In this document: one piece after another, positions 14,096 to 24,524 of the stretch | How the letters are laid out: every line of letters begins with the position of its first letter | How positions within the stretch are numbered: the stretch's first letter is position 1 | Assembly (NCBI GenBank): GCA_023231475.1 | Contig: JALJEE010000433.1 | Location: 1 to 45,462 of the forward strand | Length of the DNA: 45,462 bases | Source of the DNA: Seison nebaliae | Taxonomy: Eukaryota | Direction of reading: 5' to 3' | Notes under the pieces: generated by a model | The model's database searches: none | What the model was told of the DNA's origin: nothing | Seen by the model: the letters and a program-made list of their open reading frames with translations, nothing else | Made by a program: the position numbers and the translations under genes

Positions 14096-14808
14096 ATGGT
14101 TCTGGCGTTTCATCTTGGTAACGTCTTTGCATTTCTCGCAACAGTCGCTTTCCTCATCGCAATTAGATCATCAAATTGGTGCCAAACTGAAATCGATAGC
14201 GGTGATGGAAACGAGAAGAAATATGGAATTATTCAAGAAGGTATCTTCGAAAATTGCACCATCATCCACAAATGGACCAACAGTAGTACACTATTATATG
14301 AACTCCAGAGGAATACAAGCAGCACCGGTTTAACCAATTGTCAACCGTTACGTCAATTCGAGGATATAAAAAAATGGAAAGCAAATATCAATGGTTTCAT
14401 TCAAAAATATCTTCTTAATTTAAAAATTATATTTGACAGATAAAAAAATTATTTTGATGGTCATTGCTTCAGTAACGGCATTTCTTGGTGTTTTTACTTG
14501 TATACTGTCCTTATTCGCGGGTTGTACTCGTCGAGGTATATTATCTCAACGCATGATTGAAATTATCATATTCTTCTGCTTCTCATCATGTTTGAATGTT
14601 TATTATATTGAATTTATTAAAACTTTTCATTTTAGTTGTATTAACAACGACAACATTTTCATTATTCGCCGCTGAATCGAGGAAGACTGTTGGATCATTC
14701 AAATGGGGATTCTTCCTTTGTGTGGCTGCCGCTGGTGCATATCTGATTGCATTCAGTTCATATTTTATTTGTCGAGCGAATTGTAGTCGAACTCAGAGAG
14801 AAGACTGA
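14096..14808 (+). CDS. Claudin/PMP22/EMP-like four-transmembrane protein (paralogue 2), 3 exons
   Basis: Exons 14096-14393, 14440-14589 and 14636-14808; introns 14394-14439 (GTTTCA) and 14590-14635 (GTTTGA), both 46 nt. Contains the W..GIFENC..C claudin loop motif. TM2 IILMVIASV resembles VILMVIASL of paralogue 1. An alternative in-frame ATG is at 14039. Confidence 0.82.
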
Positions 14809-15596
14809 AAAGTCAATCCCACCAGAAAACAAAACAAATCCAATCCTTCTTCAAAGCCATTCAGAAAGCAATTGAACTTCATCCATTTTGTAAAGATATC
14901 GAAAAGTATTATAAATCCTTCAATTTTATCTCGGCAACTCTCCTATTTGAAAATTCTATTTATTCTCATGAAAATGATCTTTTCTTTTTGTCGAAATCCT
15001 CGCTCTCTCCTCACCTTACAAATGCCGATGTAGATGATGACAATTGTTTCATATCATTCTTTTTCAAAAATCATCTCATCGAATTCTAAAATTTTCAATC
15101 AATTTCCTACAAATGCAGTTTATCCTTTCACCTTTTACCTTTTCACACCACCACTTCATTCTCTTTTCATTTTAATTCTTTCCCCTTTTCACAGAGATAT
15201 CATCACCAAATTCATATTTCTTTATAAACGATAAAATTTTCCATTCATTTCTTTTAGAACATCATTTTGATATTATCAAGAATTAAACGTTATTAAATCG
15301 AATGAAATTCTAGAGAATTAATTGAACTGTGGACAACAAAGATAGTTTCTAGGAATGTTGAACGAAAAACAAGTTTCCAATTGAATTTCTGTCCAATGAT
15401 TATGTAAATAAAAATTCCCATTCCCATCATCGAAAAAGAATTTTAATTATTTGTTAAAAAATTTCGTCTGATTAAAATCATTATTTTTTGGTTTCCATCA
15501 ATTTCTCTTTTTTAATTTAATTCAAATTAATTTTTCGCAATAAAATTTATCTATTTTATTCATCTTTTCAAACTCCATCAATTTTTCGTATGTCCA

Positions 15597-16165
15597 TTAT
15601 TTTTGTGCGATATCAATATCTTTGATTGCGAAGAATTTGTCATGAGCCGAATCCACTTGAAATCGTACATGTTTCGCTTCCATTTTTTTTGAGAATGTTA
15701 TTTTGGTCGGTTTAAATCCACCTCTTGGATCCACTCGAGAGATATCTGAGTTAACATAATTTATATGAAATAAGGTAAACGGGTTACTAACCTACAGCTT
15801 TTACTTTTTTGAAATCGGTGCTGGTTGTATCAGTAGAGATAGAAATGAGTAATTTGTTGACTGAAATTAATATCAAGAAATTTATTTGTAAATTAGAACA
15901 AACTCCCATAACTGACCAGAATAATTTCATTGAAATGTAAGAGTTGGGGAAACGTAATGACAATAAATTGTGGAACGAATCCACTGGAAACCCAATAACT
16001 TGATGGATTTCTATAAAGACAATCACGATTTCAATCGAAAATGAAAAGAAACCCATCGATGACATGGTCGGGTCGATGCACATCGTCATTCGATGTTGCC
16101 ATCGAGACAACACCTCCAATTTTACGCAGTCCCATCGTATTATAAATTACTTTTCTTTTTACCAT
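15597..16165 (-). CDS. IFT25: Intraflagellar transport protein 25 (IFT25/HSPB11), 4 exons, 145 aa; not shown in the ORF track
   Basis: Exons 16165-16053, 16010-15904, 15860-15792 and 15745-15597; introns of 42, 43 and 46 nt (GTTTCT, GTTTGT, GTTAGT). The product ...VSMATSNDDVHRPDHVIDGNPSSYWVSSGFVPQFIVITF...AKHVRFQVDSAHDKFFAI matches recalled IFT25 (ATSSDEKHPPENIIDGNPETFWTTTGMFPQEFII...LRFIIVSAFDHF). An X-box lies upstream. Confidence 0.92.
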
Positions 16166-16199
16166 TATGATTTAGATGTAATCACTAACGCTACCAGCT

Positions 16200-16243
16200 G
16201 TTACTATGGAAACTAATATATAATGGACGGATACTATGGAAAC
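16200..16243. promoter_or_regulatory. Tandem RFX X-boxes upstream of IFT25
   Basis: GTTACTATGGAAAC at 16200-16213 matches the consensus and GATACTATGGAAAC at 16230-16243 has one mismatch. They lie 35-80 bp upstream of the ATG of a ciliary gene. Confidence 0.8.
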
Positions 16244-16744
16244 AATGGATAAATATATGTTCTATCATTATTAACTGGTGGTTGGAGAATTAAACTGAGA
16301 ATATTAAGCTTATCTCACCGATCAGATAAACAAAATTTAACAAAGAACTAAAATTTCTATAATAATTTTTATTTATTATTAAATTCTCGTAAATACATAC
16401 ATTAAATGGAACATTTCGATCTTGATCAACGTTCTCGATTGAACTTACCTATTCTTCGCCAACGACGAGCGAGAAATCCGACCGTCTTAAAAGATTAATT
16501 ACTTGAAAAATTATGGAGATTGATCCATAGAAGCTCTTAAAAAGTTACAAACGTAACCTTAAAAAACAAATTTAGTTTTTGGAACGAAAAGAAAAATCTG
16601 AATATTTTGTTTCGAATATAATCTACCACGATAGAAGAGAGATAACGGAGGTCGATGATTGAACCAAGGATGATAGATGGTGGAGAATATAAGGGGAATT
16701 GAGCAGAAAAATTCTTTAACAAGATTTTTTACCAACTAACAAAA

Positions 16745-16860
16745 GGAACGATTAAGAAGCAGAATGTCATCTGCATAGACCAGAACATGTAAGAACGATA
16801 TAAATGACGCTTAATTCGTTCAAGTTAGGGAGAAGGTCGTCGATGCCTATCCGTAAAAGC
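16745..16860 (-). pseudogene. Small remnant of a non-LTR retrotransposon reverse transcriptase
   Basis: Minus strand reads IGIDDLLPNLNELS, then after a frameshift HVLVYADDILLLNRS (YADD codons at 16777-16766). No long ORF. Confidence 0.55.
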
Positions 16861-17886
16861 CAAGAACTAATAATAGTAGAATGGCTAATATTCTATAGAA
16901 ACTCATTTTTTATCCAAATTTGTTTAATTATGGAAAAGATGTAAATAAAGGAGAAATATTAATTTATAAATATTATATATATAATTATAGAGGGATTAAT
17001 AAAAACCAGATTCTTGACTATAGATGTATGAAAGATAAATATGAAATATTGTCTTTTGATAGTTGATAAATGATTATGTTTTGATAGCGCGATGTTTATA
17101 AATATGTAGTGAAAGAAGACTGTCCTGGGTTAAAATCCCACTTACAAGTTGTTAGAAGAAAAAAATTTGTTCTAAAAAGAAAAATTTTGGATTCGAATAA
17201 AATATGAGGTAGAAACGTAACAAAAATATATGAGCTGAGGAAATGTCTAATCTGTAGGCTATACAGAAATACTCTATGAGTATACACTTTCTTTTATACA
17301 GTTACATGTACCTTAAATCTCCATTCAGAAGCCAATTTTGTTTTAAACTTATCATGCATTATTTTTAGAATATGCATGATTTTTTTCAGCATCTTTGACG
17401 ATTGCGAGAACGTGTTGTTTCCATTGTGAATTTCATATTTCAGAAAAGTTTTCGTACATTGTTTTCCAGTGATATCAACGTTATTAAAATACATTGATCT
17501 TCTTTGTTTATTGATATCGGGAAAGAGAAGCAATTGACACCGAAACCTGTTCCATATTAGACTTCAGACAAATGAAACAGATTTTATATCTGAAATATTT
17601 TGAATAATATTTGAATTTATGTAAATCGGCCGAACATTTTTAAGTTTTGCTTTAGATTGAATGATTGAATTATGTGAATGAACATGAGCTATTAACTTGA
17701 ATGAAATGAGGAATAAGTAATAAAATTATTATAAAAGAAATTGAATGTTGTGTGAATAAAATAATTGTGGATTAATTTTTATTACAGAAAAAGAAAAATT
17801 CTTCTTATTTTAATTTGAACGTTACAATTTAATTTGTTGAAATTCTCTAATTTTATATACTACCAAATTAGTTGAGCATCGAAAAA

Positions 17887-18345
17887 ATGAGTGTCATCGT
17901 CGATACATTAAAGAAAGAGAACGCTCTGAAAACATTGGAGAAATATGACAGTAGCGTCTGTGAGAATTTGAAGAAGACGTTGGATAAAGATATGAAGGCG
18001 AATGGTAATGATTTCGATGATATTCAGAAGGAAGCTCGTCAAAACATTCTCTTATTCTCTAAATGGCAAGATGCACTTCCTTCCGGTTTATCTGAATGTC
18101 TAAGAGAATATTGGACGAGGAAAGCAGTCTACTCTCCAAAGTTTGATCCTCGTTTCCCAAATTCAAATCAATCAAGAAATTGTTATATTAATTATGTCGA
18201 TTTCCATCGATGTCGCAAGATCAAAGGAGAAGATTATAAACCATGCGAATATTTCAAACGAGTCTATCAATCAATTTGTCCCGACCAATGGACGGAAAGT
18301 TGGGACGACCAAATGGAGAAAGGTGCCTTCCCTGGACATGTTTAA
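17887..18345 (+). CDS. COX6B: Cytochrome c oxidase subunit 6B with N-terminal extension, intronless
   Basis: C-terminal FDPRFPNSNQSRNCYINYVDFHRCRKIKGEDYKPCEYFKRVYQSICPDQWTESWDDQMEKGAFPG is the COX6B Cx9C/Cx10C signature. First ATG at 17887. Confidence 0.93.
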   Translation: MSVIVDTLKKENALKTLEKYDSSVCENLKKTLDKDMKANGNDFDDIQKEARQNILLFSKWQDALPSGLSECLREYWTRKAVYSPKFDPRFPNSNQSRNCYINYVDFHRCRKIKGEDYKPCEYFKRVYQSICPDQWTESWDDQMEKGAFPGHV

Positions 18346-18488
18346 AAAGAACTTCTTTTCAAATTAGTTATCAGAATGAAGTAGAAAAAGATGAAATTCT
18401 TGACTATTTTTTCATTAAAATAATTACAAAATTCTTTATGAATATCTTCAACAAAATTTTATTTAAACAAAAAATTAATTTAACAATA

Positions 18489-19217
18489 TCACAATTCGTC
18501 GGAGAGTTTTGGGCGTCGAATTTGCCTCTTTTTTGTCTTCTTCAACTCTTCTCGTTCCTTCTCCTCCTTCTTCTTCAACATTGTCGTTGCGAATTCCTTT
18601 TGTGCTCGATATAATTCAACCGATTCCTGGAACTTATTCACGAAATTATCCGAACGAGATTGTACGTCGAATTGTTGGAGATAAACAAACAATATCTCCT
18701 TCAACGTTTCCGTCAAATATTTCGAATTTTTTGCCACATCCTCAATCACCTCACTAATCCATAACCAGTAATAATTGCGGTTTTTACGGAATTCCATACA
18801 ATCCCCAGTGAAATAGAGACAGAATGTGGAGAATGATAATGAGAGTTCGTGCATTTTCGAAAATGTATCACGTTCATTTAAATCGCTCGGTAAATTATTA
18901 GATACATCGATATCGGGATTTTTCATTCTCTCATTATTTAAAGTGACATAAATTTGATTGAATAATTTTTGTAAAGTTTCACCTCGAACTTCGTCCGAAT
19001 ATTCAAGCATTTTTACTGCAAATGCCGAAAATTCTTGTTGCGATTGTTGCAGTAATGAAATGAAAGTCTTCTCTTCTTTATCTTTAAAAGTTTCTTTTAT
19101 CGTCTCTTCATCCTTCTCTAACGTCACATTTACACTTTCAGACTTATTCGTCATTTGTGAGAAGATTATCGGAAGAATTATGAGAAAAATTAAAAGAAAT
19201 AAATTAATTTTTCCCAT
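18489..19217 (-). CDS. CCDC134: CCDC134-like ER-lumenal protein
   Basis: The ATG at 19217 opens a signal peptide (MGKINLFLLIFLIILPIIFS). LPSDLNERDTFS..F..F.LYF, LQQFDVQSRSDNFVN and a charged tail ending RRPKLSDEL (KDEL-like) align by eye with recalled CCDC134. Confidence 0.75.
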   Translation of the reverse strand: MGKINLFLLIFLIILPIIFSQMTNKSESVNVTLEKDEETIKETFKDKEEKTFISLLQQSQQEFSAFAVKMLEYSDEVRGETLQKLFNQIYVTLNNERMKNPDIDVSNNLPSDLNERDTFSKMHELSLSFSTFCLYFTGDCMEFRKNRNYYWLWISEVIEDVAKNSKYLTETLKEILFVYLQQFDVQSRSDNFVNKFQESVELYRAQKEFATTMLKKKEEKEREELKKTKKRQIRRPKLSDEL

Positions 19218-19414
19218 TCTATAAAAGAAAAAGAATAAATAACTTTTACAATTAGAATCACCAAATAGTATCAGATAGAATTTATGGAATAATAATTTCG
19301 TTGAATATTCTGAAAATGTGGTTTGATTAGAAAAAACTGACAAAAGAAAATTATTTAGTTCAATTTTAGTTGAAAGACGTCATAATTTGAAATTTATAGT
19401 ATAAATGCGCAGAC

Positions 19415-19422
19415 TGACGTCA
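19415..19422. promoter_or_regulatory. Palindromic CRE/ATF-type site in the divergent CCDC134-RABL6 intergenic region
   Basis: TGACGTCA in a locally CpG-containing patch between two head-to-head genes 630 bp apart. Confidence 0.3.
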
Positions 19423-19846
19423 CGTTTGGTAACAGAAAGAAATTAAAAGAAATTTTTATTTATAGCGGAGCGATTTTTCTATCGGTGATGAAAGGAAAAA
19501 AAAAGAAAAAAAAAAGAATTCAAATTTCAAGTTGACAATTTTTTTTATCATATATTTCTCTCATAGTAAACTTATCAATTTAACACAATTCTTCATGATA
19601 ATTTTTAGATGGAAAATAAAGTTGTATTTATAAGTAGTAAATATGAAGAAAAAACGTAAATTATTTTAAATGGGAAGAAAATTGTTGATAGAGTTTCCAT
19701 GGTAGAAATGAATTTCATCCTGTATGATATGTAGTCATGATGATATTGTTGAGAGTAGGACATTTATGTGTTTCATTAGTGATTTGTTTGTTTTCATAAA
19801 ATTTTTTTTAAAAAAAAATTCCTTTTAAATTTCCTGCAGATTCCCT

Positions 19847-21061
19847 ATGAAATCATTGAAACAATTGTTCTCCATAAATTCCAATAACACGAACAATAAA
19901 AACGAGGGAAAACAGGAGAATCGAATTGCGTCATTTGGGGAACCGTTACCGAAGAATTTGCAGAAACGTTTCGCTCATGGTGTCGATTATAATTTGAAGG
20001 TGATCATTCGAGGAGATATCAATGTGGGAAAAACGAGTTTGTGGCAACGTCTGCAAGGAATGGAAAAATTGCCAGAAGATTACGAGGAAACGAAAGAGAT
20101 TCAAATAGCAAATATTTCGTGGCGATTATCGCAAGAAATGAATGAATCGAATATCGTCAAAATCGAATTGTGGGATGTTGTCGATGAAGCGAAACAATTG
20201 CGAAGTATTTTATCAAATGATTCAAATAATTTGAATTCACATCAGAATGATTTATTAAAAATAATGAACACAAATAAAGATGCTCATCAACAACAGAAAG
20301 TTTATGGATTAGATGCTCAATTCGTTCAGATATATCAACAAGTGGACGGAGTGATTTTTATATATGATTGTACGAAACCGTGGACATGGAAATATGTGGA
20401 GAGTAAATTGAAGAATGTTCCCCAACACATTCCCATTTTAATTCTAGCAAATAAAATCGATTTGTTCGAAGAATTGGAAGATGAGAATGAAAGGAATAGG
20501 ATGAAAGAAATGATTTGTTCATCGTTCAACTTTGTGAAGACTTTCGATCGATCGTCAATGATGTCGAATGATGTTCAATTTAGTATTTGTTCCATGAAGA
20601 AATTGTTCGGTATTCAATTCATTCATAAATTCTTTCGATTTCCTCTTTTATTAAAGGAAAGAATTACTCTCCATCATTTATTGGAACAGAATTTACATCA
20701 GTTAGATATTATTCAACATTCATTCGAAGAGAGTCCAATGAATGATTTCTTTAATAATCGTCTCAATATGAATAAATCAAATAATAGTAATAATAATAAT
20801 AAAGAAATTGATCATAATAATAATAATAATAAAGAAATTGATCATGATCATAATAATAATAATAATAATAATAATAATTTGAAAAATGATGAAGAGAAAA
20901 TGGAAGTGAAAGAAACGAGTGATAAAAAGTTGGGAGTGATACCAATGAAGAAGAATGAACCATTAGTTCTTGAGGATATCGAAGATGTTTATGAAGATGA
21001 CGATGTTTACATATCTCCAACGACCATTCCTTTCGAAGAGAGTGAAGAAGAAAGTGATTAA
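19847..21061 (+). CDS. RABL6: Rab-like protein 6 (RABL6/RBEL1), intronless coding region
   Basis: LQKRFAHGVDYNLKVIIRGDINVGKTSLW (P-loop), YEETKEIQIANISW, VKIELWDVVD, LDAQF and NKID. Followed by a poly-Asn and acidic tail. Confidence 0.9.
   Translation: MKSLKQLFSINSNNTNNKNEGKQENRIASFGEPLPKNLQKRFAHGVDYNLKVIIRGDINVGKTSLWQRLQGMEKLPEDYEETKEIQIANISWRLSQEMNESNIVKIELWDVVDEAKQLRSILSNDSNNLNSHQNDLLKIMNTNKDAHQQQKVYGLDAQFVQIYQQVDGVIFIYDCTKPWTWKYVESKLKNVPQHIPILILANKIDLFEELEDENERNRMKEMICSSFNFVKTFDRSSMMSNDVQFSICSMKKLFGIQFIHKFFRFPLLLKERITLHHLLEQNLHQLDIIQHSFEESPMNDFFNNRLNMNKSNNSNNNNKEIDHNNNNNKEIDHDHNNNNNNNNNLKNDEEKMEVKETSDKKLGVIPMKKNEPLVLEDIEDVYEDDDVYISPTTIPFEESEEESD
20770..20878 (+). repeat. (AAT)n poly-Asn tract with a duplicated NNNNKEIDH unit inside RABL6
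   Basis: aataataataataaagaaattgatcat occurs twice, followed by a long AAT run. Confidence 0.85.
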
Positions 21062-21528
21062 TTTCTTCTCGTTTATTATCTCCAAACTGATCTCGATAAA
21101 AACTCAAATGCGAAATGAAAATATTCAATTGAGAGAAAGCAACAACAACAACAATATCCATAAGAGTGATTAATATAGATCGATTTGAATGATCTATTTA
21201 ACTCTCTCATCATTCAACTAAATTTCTCATTCAACTAAAAGAAGAAGAACACCTTGTATATTCACATTAAAACTAACGAATTACATAATGAGGAGAGAAG
21301 TGGGGGACAGCGACGAATCTTGACGTCAAACCTTTGAAGAAATCCTTCTTCTTCTTCTTCTTCCTCCCTCCCTCCCCTTCTCTTTTTCCAATGTTCTATT
21401 ACTATGAAATTGGTTTTCCACGCAGTTGACGCATCTCACATCATTGTCACGATAAACAAACGCCAATTGAAAACGAGATAATTCACTTGCTTCTTTCTCA
21501 TGAGAACATCTATCGTACGCATCTAACA

Positions 21529-22914
21529 ATGAGATATCCTTATTATTATCCCACCGGTTTTCAGATGCCGCCACCAGCTCGAAAGTTTTAATTACTCAAT
21601 AAAATATTTCATTCCATCGTCTTCTTTGTATTTGAGTAAGGTCGAACATTTGGAAAATTCTTTCTCTTCTTGGCCTTCTCGCCGTTATCGGTCTGGCCAT
21701 AGCATTGACTGTCGTTCTAGTAAAGGATGATGATGAATGCACGACTACTACAACTGTAGCTGGGTTTATATTATTTATTTTTATTTTAATACTTTATTCG
21801 TGCTAGTCGAATCCCAAATTGAGTAACATAGAAGATTGAGAGTATAAAGTATAGTAACAGAAAGAAACAGTTATAAGAAATATCTTTTTAAATTCACATT
21901 TAGTTTTTAATTAATTGAATATTTAGAATACAAATTTAGATTAATAGTAGCAAAAAACGATTATAAATAAAATAATAATAATAATAATACAATTGGGAAA
22001 TGGTAATGGAGAATATAAAGTTCCGTAGAAAAATCATCAAATTACCTGTTCCATATCATTCAATGACTATATGGATTTATTTGAAGTACGAAGACAATTT
22101 TCCAAACTCACAAGAAAAAATGAAGAGTAGATGAAAAATGAATGTCAAATTGCCTCATTACAATTATGGCTGGGGGAATGGTCCATGATCCTTAAATGAT
22201 AAGGATCGATCCTTCTATATATTTTGGGAAAAAAAATCCAGACTCCAAACGACTCCTATACATTTATTGGATCGATCTTAGGTACGAGCCACAGTCATAC
22301 TCAGGATCGATCCAACACGTCGTTTGGAGTCGATCCATCTCAACTTCAACTGAAAATATTTTATTGAAAATAACTTTAAATTTTATCTAAACAATCTATA
22401 ATTTTCGACATTAATCTAATATTATAGTATGAAGTTATATATGTTTAAGGTCTATTTTTTAAGGGCTACAAGATGGTTTGATTGGAGATAACCGGTAGTA
22501 TCTGCCAGTGTATGTGAAGACGGAATGGGTGTGGAAAGGACACTTATACAACTAATTATACAACTAAAAAAAAGTAACATTCTAAAATATTGGAAAAGAG
22601 AGGGAAGAATTATTGAATTGATTTAAACTTGAATGAAATCATGTAAGATACATAACACACTGGAAATGATGAGATGAAATTATCGTAGGGTAGAAGGGAA
22701 TGTATATGTTATGAAACCATTTCAAATTTAATTTCTTTTTCTTCATTTCATAGAGCAACCACCACAACTACATCAGCGGCTGACAATCGTTTACATAAAA
22801 AAAGTTTAAAAAATATTTCTCTCAAATTCTAACCCTTTCTCTTTTTAAGACTATATTCTCCTTTTATTGATGATACTGATGGTTGGTTGTGGCAATCCGT
22901 TCCACAACCAATAA
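21529..22914 (+). CDS. Predicted small membrane protein (~92 aa, Thr-rich loop), 4 exons, unknown function
   Basis: Exons 21529-21584, 21641-21763, 22754-22788 and 22850-22914 join in frame through GTT..AG introns (56, 990, 61 nt): MRYPYYYPTGFQMPPPARKSNIWKILSLLGLLAVIGLAIALTVVLVKDDDECTTTTTVAGATTTTTSAADNHYILLLLMILMVGCGNPFHNQ. No recognised homology, and the last exon is uncertain. Confidence 0.5.
22201..22337. repeat. Nested inverted-repeat element (GGATCGATCC palindromes), possible small foldback/MITE
   Basis: A 14-bp palindrome aaggatcgatcctt at 22201-22214; gactccaaacgac (22241-22253) is inverted at 22319-22331; an inner ttggatcgatc/gatcgatccaa pair lies between them. Confidence 0.65.
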
Positions 22915-23199
22915 CAACTCAACCAATCCAACAAATTTAGAATACATTCCCACGAATCAAACCACTTACACATTTAATTCTTCATAAATGAGACTCTTAT
23001 TATTTTGCTTTTTCTTTATTTGTGAAGAATTCAAAAAGAATTTTTCTGTTAAAAAATAAATTTTGGAAAATCTTTTCTAAAGTTTGAGATTTAGATTAGA
23101 GAAGTGGAAAATCGAAGCTTTCACCATCCACAATTGTGATGTTAATTATTGTTAAATCTTCACGTATTTATAGATCGAATTTTCACCGTCATCGGTGAA

Positions 23200-24306
23200 A
23201 TGGAGGATATTTGTCGATTTTATATCATGCGAAAAGGGAGACACTGTCAAATGAAATGTCGGAAAAATGAAGAATTTTGTGCAGAACATTCTTCAATTAA
23301 TCGAATAAAATGTCCCATCGATGGGAATCATACTGTCGATATTAATAAATTGGAGAAACATCTTCTGAAATGTAATAAAGGAAAAATTTGTAATTCATTC
23401 CTCTATGAAAAGAATTGTAATTCATCACAAGATGATGATATTGATGGAAATGATAAAGTTCTTTTATCAAGTTTCCTTCCTGATGAAATGGATGATTTAA
23501 TGATGGATTTGAAAAAACTGTTTAATTTATTAAATGTTATTAATTATGAGAAATCGTTATCGATCGATAAAAGTGAATCGATTTTACCAGTCATGAAAGA
23601 ATCGATACAAATCGAATCGATTATCGATTTGATGAAACATGAGAACTTTTTTCAACATCCATCGACGTTCGTCGAATTGGGTTGTGGGAAAGGAAGATTG
23701 TCATACTTCATTAATCGATATCTTCACGAAATGAAAAGTTCTTCCAATTTCGTTTTAATCGATCGAAAGTCACAAAGAAATAAGTTCGATGGGAAATTCG
23801 AGAAAGATGTTGGTTCATGCCAACGATATTGTATCGATTTAAAACATTGTCAATTGAAGCGATTGGAGAATTGTCATTCAATCACAGCGATTGGCAAACA
23901 TGTTTGTGGCAATGCCACAGATTTGACACTGAATTCCTTAAAGAATGTAAAAGTGAAATTGAAAGGCGTTGCTATAGCAACATGTTGTCATCATCAATGT
24001 ATCTGGAGAGAATATGTCGGTCAAGAAATGTGGTGTGGTCGAATGAATTTAACGGAACGTCATTTCCAATTGGCCATTCGTTGTTGTAGTTGGGCCACAT
24101 CACATCGACAGGAAAAATTCCGTCATGGATCTCAAGAATTACAAACAAAAGATCGAGAAGATATCGGCATGTTATGTCGACAATTAATTGATGAGGGAAG
24201 AAGATATTTCATTGAGAAAGAACTTGGATTAAAGCCGGCTCTTCTCACTTCCTACATTCCCACATTTGTTACACCAGAAAATTTATTATTAATGGCAACT
24301 GTTTAA
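23200..24306 (+). CDS. TRMT13: tRNA:m(4)X 2'-O-methyltransferase TRM13, intronless coding region
   Basis: N-terminal CCCH (CRFYIMRKGRHC..FCAEH) and CHHC (RIKCPIDGNHTV..LEKHLLKC) zinc fingers, plus FVELGCGKGRLS, IGKHVCGNATDLTL, IATCCHHQC and VTPENLLL. Confidence 0.95.
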   Translation: MEDICRFYIMRKGRHCQMKCRKNEEFCAEHSSINRIKCPIDGNHTVDINKLEKHLLKCNKGKICNSFLYEKNCNSSQDDDIDGNDKVLLSSFLPDEMDDLMMDLKKLFNLLNVINYEKSLSIDKSESILPVMKESIQIESIIDLMKHENFFQHPSTFVELGCGKGRLSYFINRYLHEMKSSSNFVLIDRKSQRNKFDGKFEKDVGSCQRYCIDLKHCQLKRLENCHSITAIGKHVCGNATDLTLNSLKNVKVKLKGVAIATCCHHQCIWREYVGQEMWCGRMNLTERHFQLAIRCCSWATSHRQEKFRHGSQELQTKDREDIGMLCRQLIDEGRRYFIEKELGLKPALLTSYIPTFVTPENLLLMATV

Positions 24307-24524
24307 ATATTCTTTCGTTTCACGATCAAAAAATAAAATAAAATTTGAATAAAAAATTTCGATTGTTTTCTTACTAAAACGTCGACCGTTCAAGTTTGAA
24401 ATTTCATCTTTGAATTTTTTGGAAGAATTTATGGTCGGGGGTCTGTGTGAAGAAATTTGGAAGAATGAGATGAATTTCTTCAACCAACAAATAAATTACA
24501 ATTATTTTAGATGATTGTCGATTG

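Noticed and set aside
15787..16119. 110-aa ORF
   Set aside because: It runs through IFT25 exons and introns, mostly out of frame.
17096..17560. Short minus-strand ORFs upstream of COX6B
   Set aside because: No recognisable domain and no consistent splice model.
19693..19706. X-box-like GTTTCCATGGTAGA upstream of RABL6
   Set aside because: The right half lacks the AAC of the consensus.
20763..21161. Poly-Tyr minus-strand ORF
   Set aside because: It is the antisense shadow of the AAT repeats in RABL6.
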